NCBI GenBank assembly: GCA_964538295.1
Contig: CAZIES010000001.1
Location: 1 to 61,478, forward strand
Length of the DNA stretch: 61,478 nucleotides
Source of the DNA: an uncultured Arcobacter sp.
Lineage (GTDB): Bacteria; Campylobacterota; Campylobacteria; Campylobacterales; Arcobacteraceae
Direction of reading: 5' to 3'
Shown here: piece after piece, positions 27,256 to 36,792 of the stretch
How the letters are laid out: the number at the start of each line of letters is the position of its first letter
Position numbering within the stretch: the first letter of the stretch is position 1
Notes under the pieces: generated by a model
What the model was told of the DNA's origin: nothing
Database searches by the model: none
Seen by the model: the letters and a program-made list of their open reading frames with translations, nothing else
Translations under genes and position numbers: made by a program

Positions 27256-27282
27256 AATACTACTTAAAGGTAGAATTAAGTT
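27256..27282. promoter_or_regulatory. Operator-like repeat copy 3 (aatactacttaaaggtagaattaagtt)
   Basis: Core centre is about 65 nt upstream of the Rrf2 start codon. 26/27 identical to copy 1, in the same orientation. Confidence 0.6.
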
Positions 27283-27305
27283 TCATTTAACTACTATTCC
27301 ATATG

Positions 27306-27330
27306 CCACTTAAAGGTAGAATATAAGTGG
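27306..27330. promoter_or_regulatory. Operator-like repeat copy 4 (ccacttaaaggtagaatataagtgg)
   Basis: Shares cttaaaggtagaat with copy 3. It is additionally framed by its own 7-bp inverted repeat ccactta/taagtgg. Confidence 0.5.
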
Positions 27331-27351
27331 CCGTTAAACTAACCAATTACA

Positions 27352-27431
27352 AAGGTTATTTGTATTTTTTACCCTTTCTATGAAGTGACTCTTTCCCTCC
27401 TATGTTGCTTTATTGAGATACAAATAACCTT
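27352..27431. repeat. Perfect 14-bp inverted repeat (aaggttatttgtat / atacaaataacctt) enclosing a 52-nt C/U-rich spacer
   Basis: Arms at 27352-27365 and 27418-27431. The spacer contains accctttc and ctttccctcc. Confidence 0.6.
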
Positions 27432-27483
27432 CTTATATAATTTCTCATAAATTTGTTATAATTAAAAATTAAAAAGAAGAGCT

Positions 27484-27795
27484 ATGAAGTTTTACAGTAA
27501 ACGTGGAAATTATGTCATTCTTAATTCCTCAAGTTTTCTTAATGAAATATTTTTTGATATTAGTAAACAACCTAAAGAGATAATAGAACAAAATTATCTT
27601 TTTATGATTCAAGAGGATAAACTATTGCAAAAAATGAGTGATGAAATACTTCTTGCTTTACCTGTTGATATTGTACCTCATGCAAAAAAAAGAAGAATGC
27701 CTTATAATTTTGAAAATTTTCAAGCGTTATACTCTTGTTTAAAAAAAGAGAATGCAATTCCTTACGTGGGTGAAGATATCATAAATAAAAAATAA
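27484..27795 (+). CDS. Hypothetical protein
   Basis: 103-aa ORF divergent from the Rrf2 gene. Weak SD (AAGAAGAG). Confidence 0.5.
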   Translation: MKFYSKRGNYVILNSSSFLNEIFFDISKQPKEIIEQNYLFMIQEDKLLQKMSDEILLALPVDIVPHAKKRRMPYNFENFQALYSCLKKENAIPYVGEDIINKK

Positions 27796-27886
27796 GGAAC
27801 AAAAATGCCTGAAAATGCCTATTTATATTTAGGAGTACTATTAGTAATTAGTCTCTATTTTGGTTGGCGACTTAATCGTTAACTAA

Positions 27887-28462
27887 TTACTTCTGTATTT
27901 GTCTAACCTCTTTAATCAATCGTATAAAAATATGTAAAACCATACAATAAAGCGTTAATATAGTAAGTAGTGCCATATTTGAAAAAGCTTCATCTTCAAA
28001 GTTGACTTGTAGAGTAAAATAGTAGTTTAAAGTAAAAAGTGTTGTTAAAATTGTTGAAACTATTCCTCTATGTGCAGGTGGATTTCTTTTAATTGTTGGC
28101 CAATACTCATACATTAAATAGATAAGGGTTAATAAACTGATTGTCAAAATAATTTGGTAAGTAATGGTGAATGTGTCCCCTAAAAAGTATAACATGATAG
28201 GCAAAATACCTATGATAGTAGAGGTTTGAATAAAGTAATGAAAACTTGCTTTATAATAAGCTTGAATATATAATTTATTAGGTGTAATTGCTTTTGCAAA
28301 ATAGATGAGTAAAAAAAAGATAAAAAGATTAAACCCAATAAAAATGAGTAGATTTTGTGTATTTGTATTGGTATGAATTATATCTAAACAGAGCTCTTGA
28401 AGCTTTTGTAAGTCTCCGCTGTGAGGTATACCAAATTTATAACAGATATTATTGCTTACCAA
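27887..28462 (-). CDS. Polytopic membrane protein, hypothetical
   Basis: 191 aa, about 5 predicted TM helices. TTG start 5 nt after SD AGGAG. No internal Met for about 90 codons. Confidence 0.6.
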   Translation of the reverse strand: MVSNNICYKFGIPHSGDLQKLQELCLDIIHTNTNTQNLLIFIGFNLFIFFLLIYFAKAITPNKLYIQAYYKASFHYFIQTSTIIGILPIMLYFLGDTFTITYQIILTISLLTLIYLMYEYWPTIKRNPPAHRGIVSTILTTLFTLNYYFTLQVNFEDEAFSNMALLTILTLYCMVLHIFIRLIKEVRQIQK

Positions 28463-28531
28463 AACTACTCCTAGCGATGCTTATTGATAATTAGTATAGT
28501 AAAAATTATGTTAACAGCAGATAAAATAATC

Positions 28532-29023
28532 TTAATAGAGTTTTCCAAACTTTTCACAATGAATAAGGTATAATCGCAAGTCTAACTCTATTTGATGATA
28601 ATCAGGTTGTAAATTCGTACATAAGTTATAAAAAGCTTTGTTATGCTCTTTCTCTTTTAAGTGGGCTAATTCATGTGCCACAATCATTGTTAAAAAAGCT
28701 TCAGGTGTTTTTTTAAAAAGTGTAGCTATCCGTATCTCATTTTTTGCTTTAAGTTTGTTTCCTTGTACTCTTGAAATGAATGTGTGTAAGCCTAAGGCGT
28801 TATCAATGACATTGATTTTTGAATCATAGATAATTTTACTGAGAGTATATTTTTTATAGTAACTATTTTTTAAATCATTGACATAGGCGTATAAGGCTTT
28901 ATCATTCGTAATTGTATGTGCAGTTGGGTATTTTGAGAGTAAGTATTTACCCAACCTATTTTGATCAATGAGTTTTTGAACTTGTGTTTGAATATGGGGT
29001 GGGTAGTGTTGGATTTGTTTCAA
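28532..29023 (-). CDS. DUF45/YgjP-like (M48-related) HExxH metallohydrolase
   Basis: IVAHELAHLKEKEHNKAF zinc motif in the typical C-terminal position of YgjP/DUF45 proteins. TTG start forming a TTGA overlap with the upstream gene. Confidence 0.78.
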   Translation of the reverse strand: MKQIQHYPPHIQTQVQKLIDQNRLGKYLLSKYPTAHTITNDKALYAYVNDLKNSYYKKYTLSKIIYDSKINVIDNALGLHTFISRVQGNKLKAKNEIRIATLFKKTPEAFLTMIVAHELAHLKEKEHNKAFYNLCTNLQPDYHQIELDLRLYLIHCEKFGKLY

Positions 29024-29400
29024 CGAATAAGCTTTAAAATACGATAAAAGTGAATACTATCAATTAAAAGAAGGGCAAAAAGTCCAAATATCCAATACAT
29101 AAACCATTGTGAAATCATCCCTATAAAACCACCTTCATAAAAATAATCGATAACCTCAATGATTAAAAAGATGAAGAGGGTTGTTTTAAAGGAGAGTTGT
29201 TGTTTGTTGATTAAGTGTTCAATGTCGTACCCTCTAAGTTTAAATTTAAAGTAAACATAGATGATAATCATAGGAATAAGTAGGGCTAAAAGGATAATTT
29301 CATTGAGAATTATTTGGATAGTGCGTACTTCTCCTAAGAGATAAAGGTACGTACTTATTATGATAATAAAGGTTAAGGTAAATAGTAATTTATTGTTCAA
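29020..29400 (-). CDS. Small 4-TM membrane protein, hypothetical
   Basis: 126 aa. TTG start 4 nt after SD GGAGA. Confidence 0.6.
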   Translation of the reverse strand: MNNKLLFTLTFIIIISTYLYLLGEVRTIQIILNEIILLALLIPMIIIYVYFKFKLRGYDIEHLINKQQLSFKTTLFIFLIIEVIDYFYEGGFIGMISQWFMYWIFGLFALLLIDSIHFYRILKLIR

Positions 29401-29476
29401 AGTATCTCCAAAATGAGGATAATTTTAACACAACTTTTTTGATTAGTCAAACGTTTCAAGAAGCAAATTTTGCTTC

Positions 29477-31498
29477 TTAAATTTCATCTTTTATTGCTTT
29501 CATATCTTTAATTTTTCTTAGATAACTCTCTTTTTTAGATTCAACAAATTCCATTCTGTCTTGGTTGATTTCAAGATACTGTTCTTTTGAATACTTAATA
29601 ATCTTAAAAAGATAGTTCCGCTTAGATGTAAGAAAGTCTTCAATTTTTTCAAATCCAAAATTTGCTTTTAGTTTGGTGAGAATCTCATCTTCTCTTGGAT
29701 GATAAACAGAGAATTTAGTAGGTTCACTCTCATATAGCTCAACACTTTCGTTGATTTGCTGTTCAAAATGAGCGATGGTAGCCTGCGTTGTTTGAATATA
29801 GCTGTACGATAATGCCCCATTAAAATAAGCAAACTTTTTGCGTAATGCTGAAATATTTTCCAAAATAGCACGATGGTATTGTCGCAATACATTTTCATAA
29901 ACTTTTGCAGCAAAGTGTCGGGTAGCAGAAAATTCTGCATCTGAGGCAATCTCTCTGTGTTTTTTGAGAAGTTCATAAGGCTCTTGCCATCGGTGCACTT
30001 TTTGTTTAATATTATTTCTGTAAACATTACGGTAAGCTTCATCGGCATCAAGTTCAATTTGTTTGAGTTCTTTAATGGCACGTTTAAACATCTTATCAAT
30101 AGTTTGGTCATCATAAAAGAGATTTTTATAAACATTGTCTGAATCAATCCAGTAGGTATCATATGCTACTTTTTCAAAGTTGTCTTTACTTAAAAAGCCA
30201 CCTTTTTCTTCATAACGATGCGTTTGTATGGTTTTAATGTTTTTGTAGGTTTCATGTGCCATTTTTTCCATAATAGTCTCTAAAGAGTTGTAAACACCAA
30301 AAAGTTCTTTGGAGTAAGTTTTGTGTATTGAGTCAAAAGCATCTAATACATCAGCTTCACTCGATTTTAAAACATCAACTAAGGAGTCATATACACCAAT
30401 AATTGTCTCATACTCTTTAACTAGAATATCACAGATACCTTTTAAATCTTTTTTAATAGCAAACTCTTTAGACTCAGCTGCTTGTGGTCGTATGGTATTT
30501 TCAATAAATTCTAACACCTCATTAATATTAGACTCTTTTAAAAGTTGCATATCTCCTGACATATCTTTGCTATTAATCATTTTGATAGCTTCGTGATAGT
30601 TAGCAAACTGATCTTTGAAAAAATCTAATGAGTCAACGCTAAGATCTTTATTCAGCTCTTTTTTGAATGCTTTTGTTACAGCATCAAAAGTATCATCTAA
30701 AAGAACACGTTTTTGTTGTTGTCGTGAATCTAGGGCTTGTTTTGCAGAAATAGGCGTTACCTGAGCAAAATATTTAGCAAATTTTTCACTTACGTAGTTT
30801 GTAGTTGTCTCTATTTGTTTTTTGGTAAATTTATCTTTTTGATTTAAAACACACAATGATTTATTTTTAAAATGTTCCATATACTCTTCAAGTACTTCTG
30901 CTTCACTCATTTTTCCTGCATTGTCAATTAATGTTAACCAAATAATTCCACCTACATCTCTTAATACTCTTCGTGTGGTATCGGTATCACTTTGACTTTG
31001 TGAATTAAGACCGGGTGTATCAACAAAACTAATATCTTTTAAAATATCCATTGGTGCATACAAGGTAAGGTATTTAATATCTTTCATTTCATGTTGACGT
31101 TGGTCTGTAAAATCAGAAATACTCTCTATAGGTGCATACTCTTGAGCACCCGAATAGTAAGTGATTTTGAGTTTATACTCTTCCCCATAGTTAATAAAAT
31201 TTACTTTAGAAGTAACGGGTGTAATTCCTGTTGGCAGAATATTACGCGATAGTAAAGCATTTAAAAAGGTTGATTTACCCGAACTAAATTGTCCTGTAAT
31301 GGCAACTTCCATTGGGTATCGTGAACGACGAATTTGTTTATCTAAAATAGATTTTAGCTGAATTGAGGGTAAAAATTTTTCATCTAAAAGTTTAGCTCGG
31401 ATACGTTTGATATCTCCTACTAATCCCTCTTCAAAAACTTCCTCTTTTTCAAAGAATTTATCGGCATACTCTTTTACAAAGCTATTTAGAATACTCAT
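29477..31498 (-). CDS. Bacterial dynamin-like protein (second of pair, DLP2-like)
   Basis: G1 GQFSSGKSTFLNALL, G3 VDTPGLNS, G4 LNQKDK. Long helical stalk, 673 aa. ATGA overlap with the upstream DLP. Confidence 0.9.
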   Translation of the reverse strand: MSILNSFVKEYADKFFEKEEVFEEGLVGDIKRIRAKLLDEKFLPSIQLKSILDKQIRRSRYPMEVAITGQFSSGKSTFLNALLSRNILPTGITPVTSKVNFINYGEEYKLKITYYSGAQEYAPIESISDFTDQRQHEMKDIKYLTLYAPMDILKDISFVDTPGLNSQSQSDTDTTRRVLRDVGGIIWLTLIDNAGKMSEAEVLEEYMEHFKNKSLCVLNQKDKFTKKQIETTTNYVSEKFAKYFAQVTPISAKQALDSRQQQKRVLLDDTFDAVTKAFKKELNKDLSVDSLDFFKDQFANYHEAIKMINSKDMSGDMQLLKESNINEVLEFIENTIRPQAAESKEFAIKKDLKGICDILVKEYETIIGVYDSLVDVLKSSEADVLDAFDSIHKTYSKELFGVYNSLETIMEKMAHETYKNIKTIQTHRYEEKGGFLSKDNFEKVAYDTYWIDSDNVYKNLFYDDQTIDKMFKRAIKELKQIELDADEAYRNVYRNNIKQKVHRWQEPYELLKKHREIASDAEFSATRHFAAKVYENVLRQYHRAILENISALRKKFAYFNGALSYSYIQTTQATIAHFEQQINESVELYESEPTKFSVYHPREDEILTKLKANFGFEKIEDFLTSKRNYLFKIIKYSKEQYLEINQDRMEFVESKKESYLRKIKDMKAIKDEI

Positions 31499-33834
31499 AG
31501 TTTAAGCTCCCCAGATATATTTTCTAGTTTTTTGATTTTTTTGTGAATGGCAATGGTTAATTCATCTTTATTAATTTCATTTTGTTCAAAAGTTGCAATT
31601 CTATTTTGTAGTGCTTTTTCATCTTTTAGAAGTTTTGCTTCAAATACTTTTAGTGGTTCAGCAATCTCTTGAAAAAAGCTTTCAATAAGTAATTGAGAAA
31701 TCTTATTTGCTTTCTCTTTGATACTATTTTCAATAGGAGAGAACTCCTCTTTAATGTAGCTTTCAATATTTCTATCTAATTCAGGCAGCTTATTTGCTTT
31801 ACTTTTTGCAACTTCACTAACTATTTTTGAAATAAGTACTTCATTTGAAGTGGTTAAAAAACCACTTTTAAAGTCATCTTGGAAAAAACCTCGTGCATCA
31901 AAATTATCATTCTTATGTCCAATTGTAAATCCCATATCTTGATATTTTTGTTCAAATACTTCACCAATATTTTGAGATTTCTTAATAAACTTGTATCGAT
32001 AGTCTCGAATAACATCAATAATACCATCTTTGATAGCGGTTTCTACAATAGTTCGAATACGATTTGATTCTGGTCTTTTTTTTGTTTTTTCAAAACTGTA
32101 TCGAACGTCACCAAAAACACGTTGTTTAATCACCCCTTGTAAATCTAAGAGTTCGTTAACTAAAAAAGTCTCTAAGGTACTAATATAAGATTTTGCATCA
32201 TTTTTATGAATATTAATATCTTCTGCCATGGCTTCAAAAATTGATTCATTAGTAGACTTTTTCTTACTAAACTCTTCTAACTCTTTTTCTAACTCCTCTT
32301 TTGATTTTGAAAGTAAGATAAGTTCATAATTAAAAGACTTTAGCTCTTTTTCAATGGTTTTAAGTAGTTGTGTTTTAGCCCCTTTAATAATTAAATCTGA
32401 TTTTGAAGAAGAGGCACCAAAGAGTGTTTCATTTAAATAATCTTCAATCTCTAAAATACCCGTATCTTCAAGATTATATCCTGCTTTAATGGCTTCTTGA
32501 CTTTTTCCAGTTCTATGAAGTAGTGCCATTTTCCCTGAAATAGGAATAAACTTAATAGATTTTAAGATGTAATCAAGTTGGGAATCTTTATTTAGAGCTT
32601 TGAGTTGCCGTTCAATAGATGATTTAGTGTAGTTAATAACTTCTTCTAATTGCTGTTCGCTAACTGTGTCGGCTCGAGTGATAACAATAAGTAGTTTAGT
32701 AATATTTTGATAAAGCAAAGCATCAATAATAAATTCAACATCTTTGAGTGTTGCACTTTGACTTACGTTCATGAGATGAAGCATTAAATCACAAGCAGAT
32801 AAATACTCTTTGGTTATCTCTTCTCTTTGAATAACGGGGTCATCAAGTCCAGGTGTGTCAACGATTTCTATGCCATCTGCTAAAAAATTTAAATCAGATT
32901 TGAGTTCAACATATTTTACTAAGTTACACTTTTTGCCACTAGCTTCTGCACTGGTAAAGGCAGCCAAATTATTAATATCAACCTTTTCACTAACAGACTT
33001 TTCTTGAATTATCTTTTCTAAGTTATCGCCAAAAAGTGTTTTAGTTTCGTTGACAAACTCTTTAATGGATTCAATCTGTCGCGCACTTGATTCAATTCTA
33101 TTCCACTCTTGCTTATTCCAATAAAATACTTTTGCTTCAGGAGAGCCATGTTTTACTATAGTTAAGTTTGCCGTTTCAGGAACAACAGCACTTCCGAGGA
33201 TTTCTTGACCCATAAGGGCATTTAGCATGGTAGATTTACCTGCATTCATAACGCCAGTAATACCAATAGAAAACTTTTGATTATCAAGATAGCTTTGCGT
33301 AGTAGTTAACTCTTCTTTAAATTCATTTGAGTTAAAAGTCTCTTGTAACTCTACAATGAGTTCTTCAAGCTCTATTTTTAACTCTTTAAATGATTTTTCA
33401 TCTTCAATTTCGATTGTCTCTTCACCTTTAATTTCATCATCACAGATAGCTAATTCAGCAGGATCAAATAAAGAGATAAGCTTATTATATTCTACCGTTT
33501 GAAGTATGGATTCATTTTTTAAGTAATCAAAACTTTCATGAAGTTTTTCAATTTGACAGTTTCTTGTATCATTTTCAATAGAATCAATTAAACAGTATTG
33601 TAGTTGATAGAGTTCATCTAGATTTGAGACTTTTTTATTTGTAATATGAGTAATAAGTTTTTTAAAGCTATCAAGGGTAATGAATTTTTCATAATCTCTT
33701 CGTGTTGGCAAAAGAACAAGGGCTGCAACATCAAAAAACTCATCACGGTTTTTATAATTTTCAGTACCATAAGTAGTAGTTTGTTCGACATGCATTCCAT
33801 GGTAGAGTAAAAAGTAATCATTTGCTAGACTCAT
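31495..33834 (-). CDS. Bacterial dynamin-like protein (first of pair, DLP1-like)
   Basis: G1 GVMNAGKSTMLNALMG, G3 IVDTPGLDDP, G4-like VITRAD. 779 aa. SD AAGGGA. Confidence 0.9.
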   Translation of the reverse strand: MSLANDYFLLYHGMHVEQTTTYGTENYKNRDEFFDVAALVLLPTRRDYEKFITLDSFKKLITHITNKKVSNLDELYQLQYCLIDSIENDTRNCQIEKLHESFDYLKNESILQTVEYNKLISLFDPAELAICDDEIKGEETIEIEDEKSFKELKIELEELIVELQETFNSNEFKEELTTTQSYLDNQKFSIGITGVMNAGKSTMLNALMGQEILGSAVVPETANLTIVKHGSPEAKVFYWNKQEWNRIESSARQIESIKEFVNETKTLFGDNLEKIIQEKSVSEKVDINNLAAFTSAEASGKKCNLVKYVELKSDLNFLADGIEIVDTPGLDDPVIQREEITKEYLSACDLMLHLMNVSQSATLKDVEFIIDALLYQNITKLLIVITRADTVSEQQLEEVINYTKSSIERQLKALNKDSQLDYILKSIKFIPISGKMALLHRTGKSQEAIKAGYNLEDTGILEIEDYLNETLFGASSSKSDLIIKGAKTQLLKTIEKELKSFNYELILLSKSKEELEKELEEFSKKKSTNESIFEAMAEDINIHKNDAKSYISTLETFLVNELLDLQGVIKQRVFGDVRYSFEKTKKRPESNRIRTIVETAIKDGIIDVIRDYRYKFIKKSQNIGEVFEQKYQDMGFTIGHKNDNFDARGFFQDDFKSGFLTTSNEVLISKIVSEVAKSKANKLPELDRNIESYIKEEFSPIENSIKEKANKISQLLIESFFQEIAEPLKVFEAKLLKDEKALQNRIATFEQNEINKDELTIAIHKKIKKLENISGELKL

Positions 33835-34000
33835 ATTATTCCCTTCAGTTAATATTTATTACTATCTACATGTGTGTAGATGAATAAATTCAATAAATAG
33901 TGTTAGTATGTGATTCAATAAAAAGTTTGTATGTTAAGTAGGTTTAAAATAAAACTTCTTTTAAATTTAAGAACTAATTTTTATAGACCCATAAATACAA

Positions 34001-34068
34001 AAAGCCAATTATTCCAATGAATAATTGACTTTTTCTATTGTTTTGCATAGGAGAGGAAAACCCCTCCT
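34001..34068 (-). terminator. Tandem hairpins downstream of frdB (probable frdCAB terminator)
   Basis: On the minus-strand RNA there are two hairpins. The first is aggagggg-uuuu-ccucuccu (34049-34068, one G-U pair, no U tail). The second is caauuauu-cauugg-aauaauug (34006-34027), followed by gcUUUUUgUAUUU. Confidence 0.45.
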
Positions 34069-34075
34069 TTAAGGA

Positions 34076-34807
34076 TTATCGTAGTGCTACGAGTTTTCTT
34101 CTTAAGTATGCAATTTTATTTTGTAATGGTAAGTGTTTTGGACAGTGGTCTTCACATGCAAGTAAAGACATACATCCAAAGATTCCATCATCATCACCAA
34201 TTAATTCATAGAAATCATCAGCTGTTCTTTGGTCATGTGGATCAACTTCAAATCTTGCAACTCTGTTAAGTCCAACTGGTCCAACAAAGTCAGGTCGCAT
34301 AAGTTTAGTACCACACGATGCAACACAAATTCCACACTCAATACATCTGTCTAATTCGAATGTTTCATTAGCTACATCTGGATCAACTCTTTCTTCCATT
34401 TTTGCAATGTTTGTCTCTTCTTCAGTAACAATCCATGATTCAACTCGTTTAGACATTGAATCCATCCATTTACCAGTGTTAATTGATAAATCTTTGATAA
34501 GTTCAAATGCTGGCATTGGAAGAAGTGTTAACTTTCCTTCTGGGTAGTTAGCAATAAGTGTTCTACAAGCAAGTGCTGGTTTCCCATTAACTACCATACC
34601 ACAAGAACCACAAATACCTGCTCGACATACGAAGTCAAATGATAAATCTGGATCCATCTCTTCTCTAATTTTCATTAATGCAATGAAAAGAGTCATTCCT
34701 GGAGTCTCTTCAAGTTTATACTCTACGTAGTGTGGCTTAGAAATAGCACTTCGTGGATTAAACTTCAGAACTTTAATTGTAATTTCTCTACCTTGTTGTG
34801 TACTCAT
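34076..34807 (-). CDS. frdB: Fumarate reductase (quinol:fumarate) iron-sulfur subunit
   Basis: 2Fe-2[22 protein letters not shown], 4Fe-4[12 protein letters not shown] and 3Fe-4[13 protein letters not shown]. Confidence 0.95.
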   Translation of the reverse strand: MSTQQGREITIKVLKFNPRSAISKPHYVEYKLEETPGMTLFIALMKIREEMDPDLSFDFVCRAGICGSCGMVVNGKPALACRTLIANYPEGKLTLLPMPAFELIKDLSINTGKWMDSMSKRVESWIVTEEETNIAKMEERVDPDVANETFELDRCIECGICVASCGTKLMRPDFVGPVGLNRVARFEVDPHDQRTADDFYELIGDDDGIFGCMSLLACEDHCPKHLPLQNKIAYLRRKLVALR

Positions 34808-36792
34808 TACTTATCTCCTGCTCTTTCATTTCTTTCTTTGTAGTTCATTGGTAAGTCGAACTTCATTAAGGCATCTTGAATATCGTGTCTATCTTTACCT
34901 TCAGCTTCCATTTTTTCTCGAATAGAATCAACTTCTTCTTGTCGTTTAGCAGATAATTCATTTTCAATAATCATACCCTTAGCACCATAACCTCTAAATG
35001 CTGGAGGCATTTCCATTGTCATAATGTCTAAATCTTCATAGGTAATTGTTGGTTGAGTATCTTCTTTGTTTGGCCATGAAGTTAATGTTCTGTTTAACCA
35101 GTTTGCATCATCTCTTTTTAGGTAATCTTCTCGATAGTGTGCCCCTCTTGATTCAGTTCGCTCTCGTCCACCTTTAGCAACACAAAGTGCTACTTTAAGC
35201 ATTCTTGGAACTCGGTACGCTTCTTCAAGCTCTGGGTTACCACATCGCTCTTTAGATTTAACAGTGATTTGTTTTGTTTTCTTTAATAGATCTTCTAACT
35301 CATCAACTGCAGCTGCAAGTCCTTCACCATCTCTAAAGATACCAACCTTTTCATCCATAAGGTTTTGCATTCTGTTTTTAATAACAAAGATATCTTCGCT
35401 TCCATCGTATGCTAAAATATCATCAATATATTTATCTTGTTCATCTAAGAACTTTTGAACGGTAGCAGTTGGAATAGTTACATCATTTGCTAAACAGTAA
35501 TCAGCAAAGTAGTTACCAATAATCATACCGGCAACAACTGTCTCAGATACTGAATTTCCACCAAGTCTGTTAAATCCATGCATATCCCAACAAGCAGCTT
35601 CACCACAAGCAAATAGACCCTCTAATTTTTGAGACTCACCTGTTGGTTTCGTTCTAATACCACCCATAGAGTAGTGTTGCATTGGAAGAACTGGTGCCCA
35701 TCCTGCTTTACCTTCGTCAGCTGGATCAATACCATTAAAGATTTGACAAATTTCTTGTACATCTCTTAAGTTCTTCTCGATGTGTTCTCTACCTAAAATA
35801 GAAATATCTAACCAGATGTGTTCACCGTATGGAGAAGGAACACCTTTACCATTTCTAATGTGCTCAATCATTCTTCGTGAAACAACGTCTCTAGAAGCAA
35901 GCTCTTTTTTCTCTGGCTCGTAATCTGGCATAAATCTATGTCCATCAACGTCTCTTAAGATTCCACCATCACCTCGACACCCTTCAGTTAATAAAATACC
36001 TGATGGTACGATTGGCGTTGGGTGGAACTGTACCGCTTCCATGTTTCCTAGTGTTGCGACACCAGTTTCAAGTGCGATAGCAGCTCCAATACCTTCACAA
36101 ATAACCGCATTTGTTGTTTGTTTAAATACTCTTCCGTATCCACCTGTAGCAATACAGGTTCCTTTAGCAACGTAAGCCTCTAATTCACCTGTAATTAAAT
36201 CTCTAACAATTGCTCCATAACATCTGTTATCTTCGTGGATTAAAGAAATTGCTTCTTTTCTATCTCGAATATCAACGTCATGCTTAAGTGCTTCATTTGC
36301 CACACCAAATAACATTGTGTGTCCAGTAGCATCTGCAGTGTAACATGTTCGCCATTTTTTAGTACCACCGAAGTCTCTTGATGTGATTAGACCATGTCTG
36401 TCAGCATCTTCAGTAATGGTTGTTTTTTTAGCATTGATAACGGCTTCTCTTGAACCTTCTTGAACTCTTGACCAAGGCACACCCCAAGCTGCAAGTTCTC
36501 TAATCGCTTTTGGAGCAGTTGTTACGAACATTCTTGCAACATCTTGATCACATCCCCAGTCAGAACCCTTTACCGTATCTGCAAAGTGTAAATCTTCGTT
36601 ATCACCATCAGACATTTTAGAGTTACCTAAAGATGCTTGCATACCACCTTGAGCAGCAGCAGAGTGTGATCTTTTAACAGGAACAAGTGATAATACAACT
36701 GTACTTAATCCCTTTTTTTGTGCAGCAACACCAGCTCTTAAACCAGCAAGTCCCCCACCAATTACTAATGCATCACAATAATTAATTTTCAT
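34807..36792 (-). CDS. frdA: Fumarate reductase flavoprotein subunit
   Basis: FAD fold [14 protein letters not shown], covalent-FAD His region [11 protein letters not shown], active site HPT...RGDGG...HYSMGG. 661 aa as in Wolinella/Campylobacter FrdA. Confidence 0.97.
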   Translation of the reverse strand: MKINYCDALVIGGGLAGLRAGVAAQKKGLSTVVLSLVPVKRSHSAAAQGGMQASLGNSKMSDGDNEDLHFADTVKGSDWGCDQDVARMFVTTAPKAIRELAAWGVPWSRVQEGSREAVINAKKTTITEDADRHGLITSRDFGGTKKWRTCYTADATGHTMLFGVANEALKHDVDIRDRKEAISLIHEDNRCYGAIVRDLITGELEAYVAKGTCIATGGYGRVFKQTTNAVICEGIGAAIALETGVATLGNMEAVQFHPTPIVPSGILLTEGCRGDGGILRDVDGHRFMPDYEPEKKELASRDVVSRRMIEHIRNGKGVPSPYGEHIWLDISILGREHIEKNLRDVQEICQIFNGIDPADEGKAGWAPVLPMQHYSMGGIRTKPTGESQKLEGLFACGEAACWDMHGFNRLGGNSVSETVVAGMIIGNYFADYCLANDVTIPTATVQKFLDEQDKYIDDILAYDGSEDIFVIKNRMQNLMDEKVGIFRDGEGLAAAVDELEDLLKKTKQITVKSKERCGNPELEEAYRVPRMLKVALCVAKGGRERTESRGAHYREDYLKRDDANWLNRTLTSWPNKEDTQPTITYEDLDIMTMEMPPAFRGYGAKGMIIENELSAKRQEEVDSIREKMEAEGKDRHDIQDALMKFDLPMNYKERNERAGDK

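Noticed and set aside
26371-27282. The 26/27-identical direct repeats 885 bp apart could be att-like ends of a small mobile cassette carrying the Rrf2 gene and the secreted ORF.
   Set aside because: There is no integrase, transposase or target-site duplication. The repeats contain an internal inverted core, occur as pairs with two further degenerate copies, and sit at promoter positions. An operator interpretation fits better.
29668-30162. 164-aa ORF on the same strand as, but out of frame with, the second dynamin-like gene. This is unusually long for an alternative frame in AT-rich DNA and could be an overprinted gene.
   Set aside because: The host region is Lys/Glu/Asn-rich (A-rich codons), so the shifted frame is depleted of T-containing stop codons. 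The translated product is low-complexity, with no SD or motif. Most likely a frame shadow.
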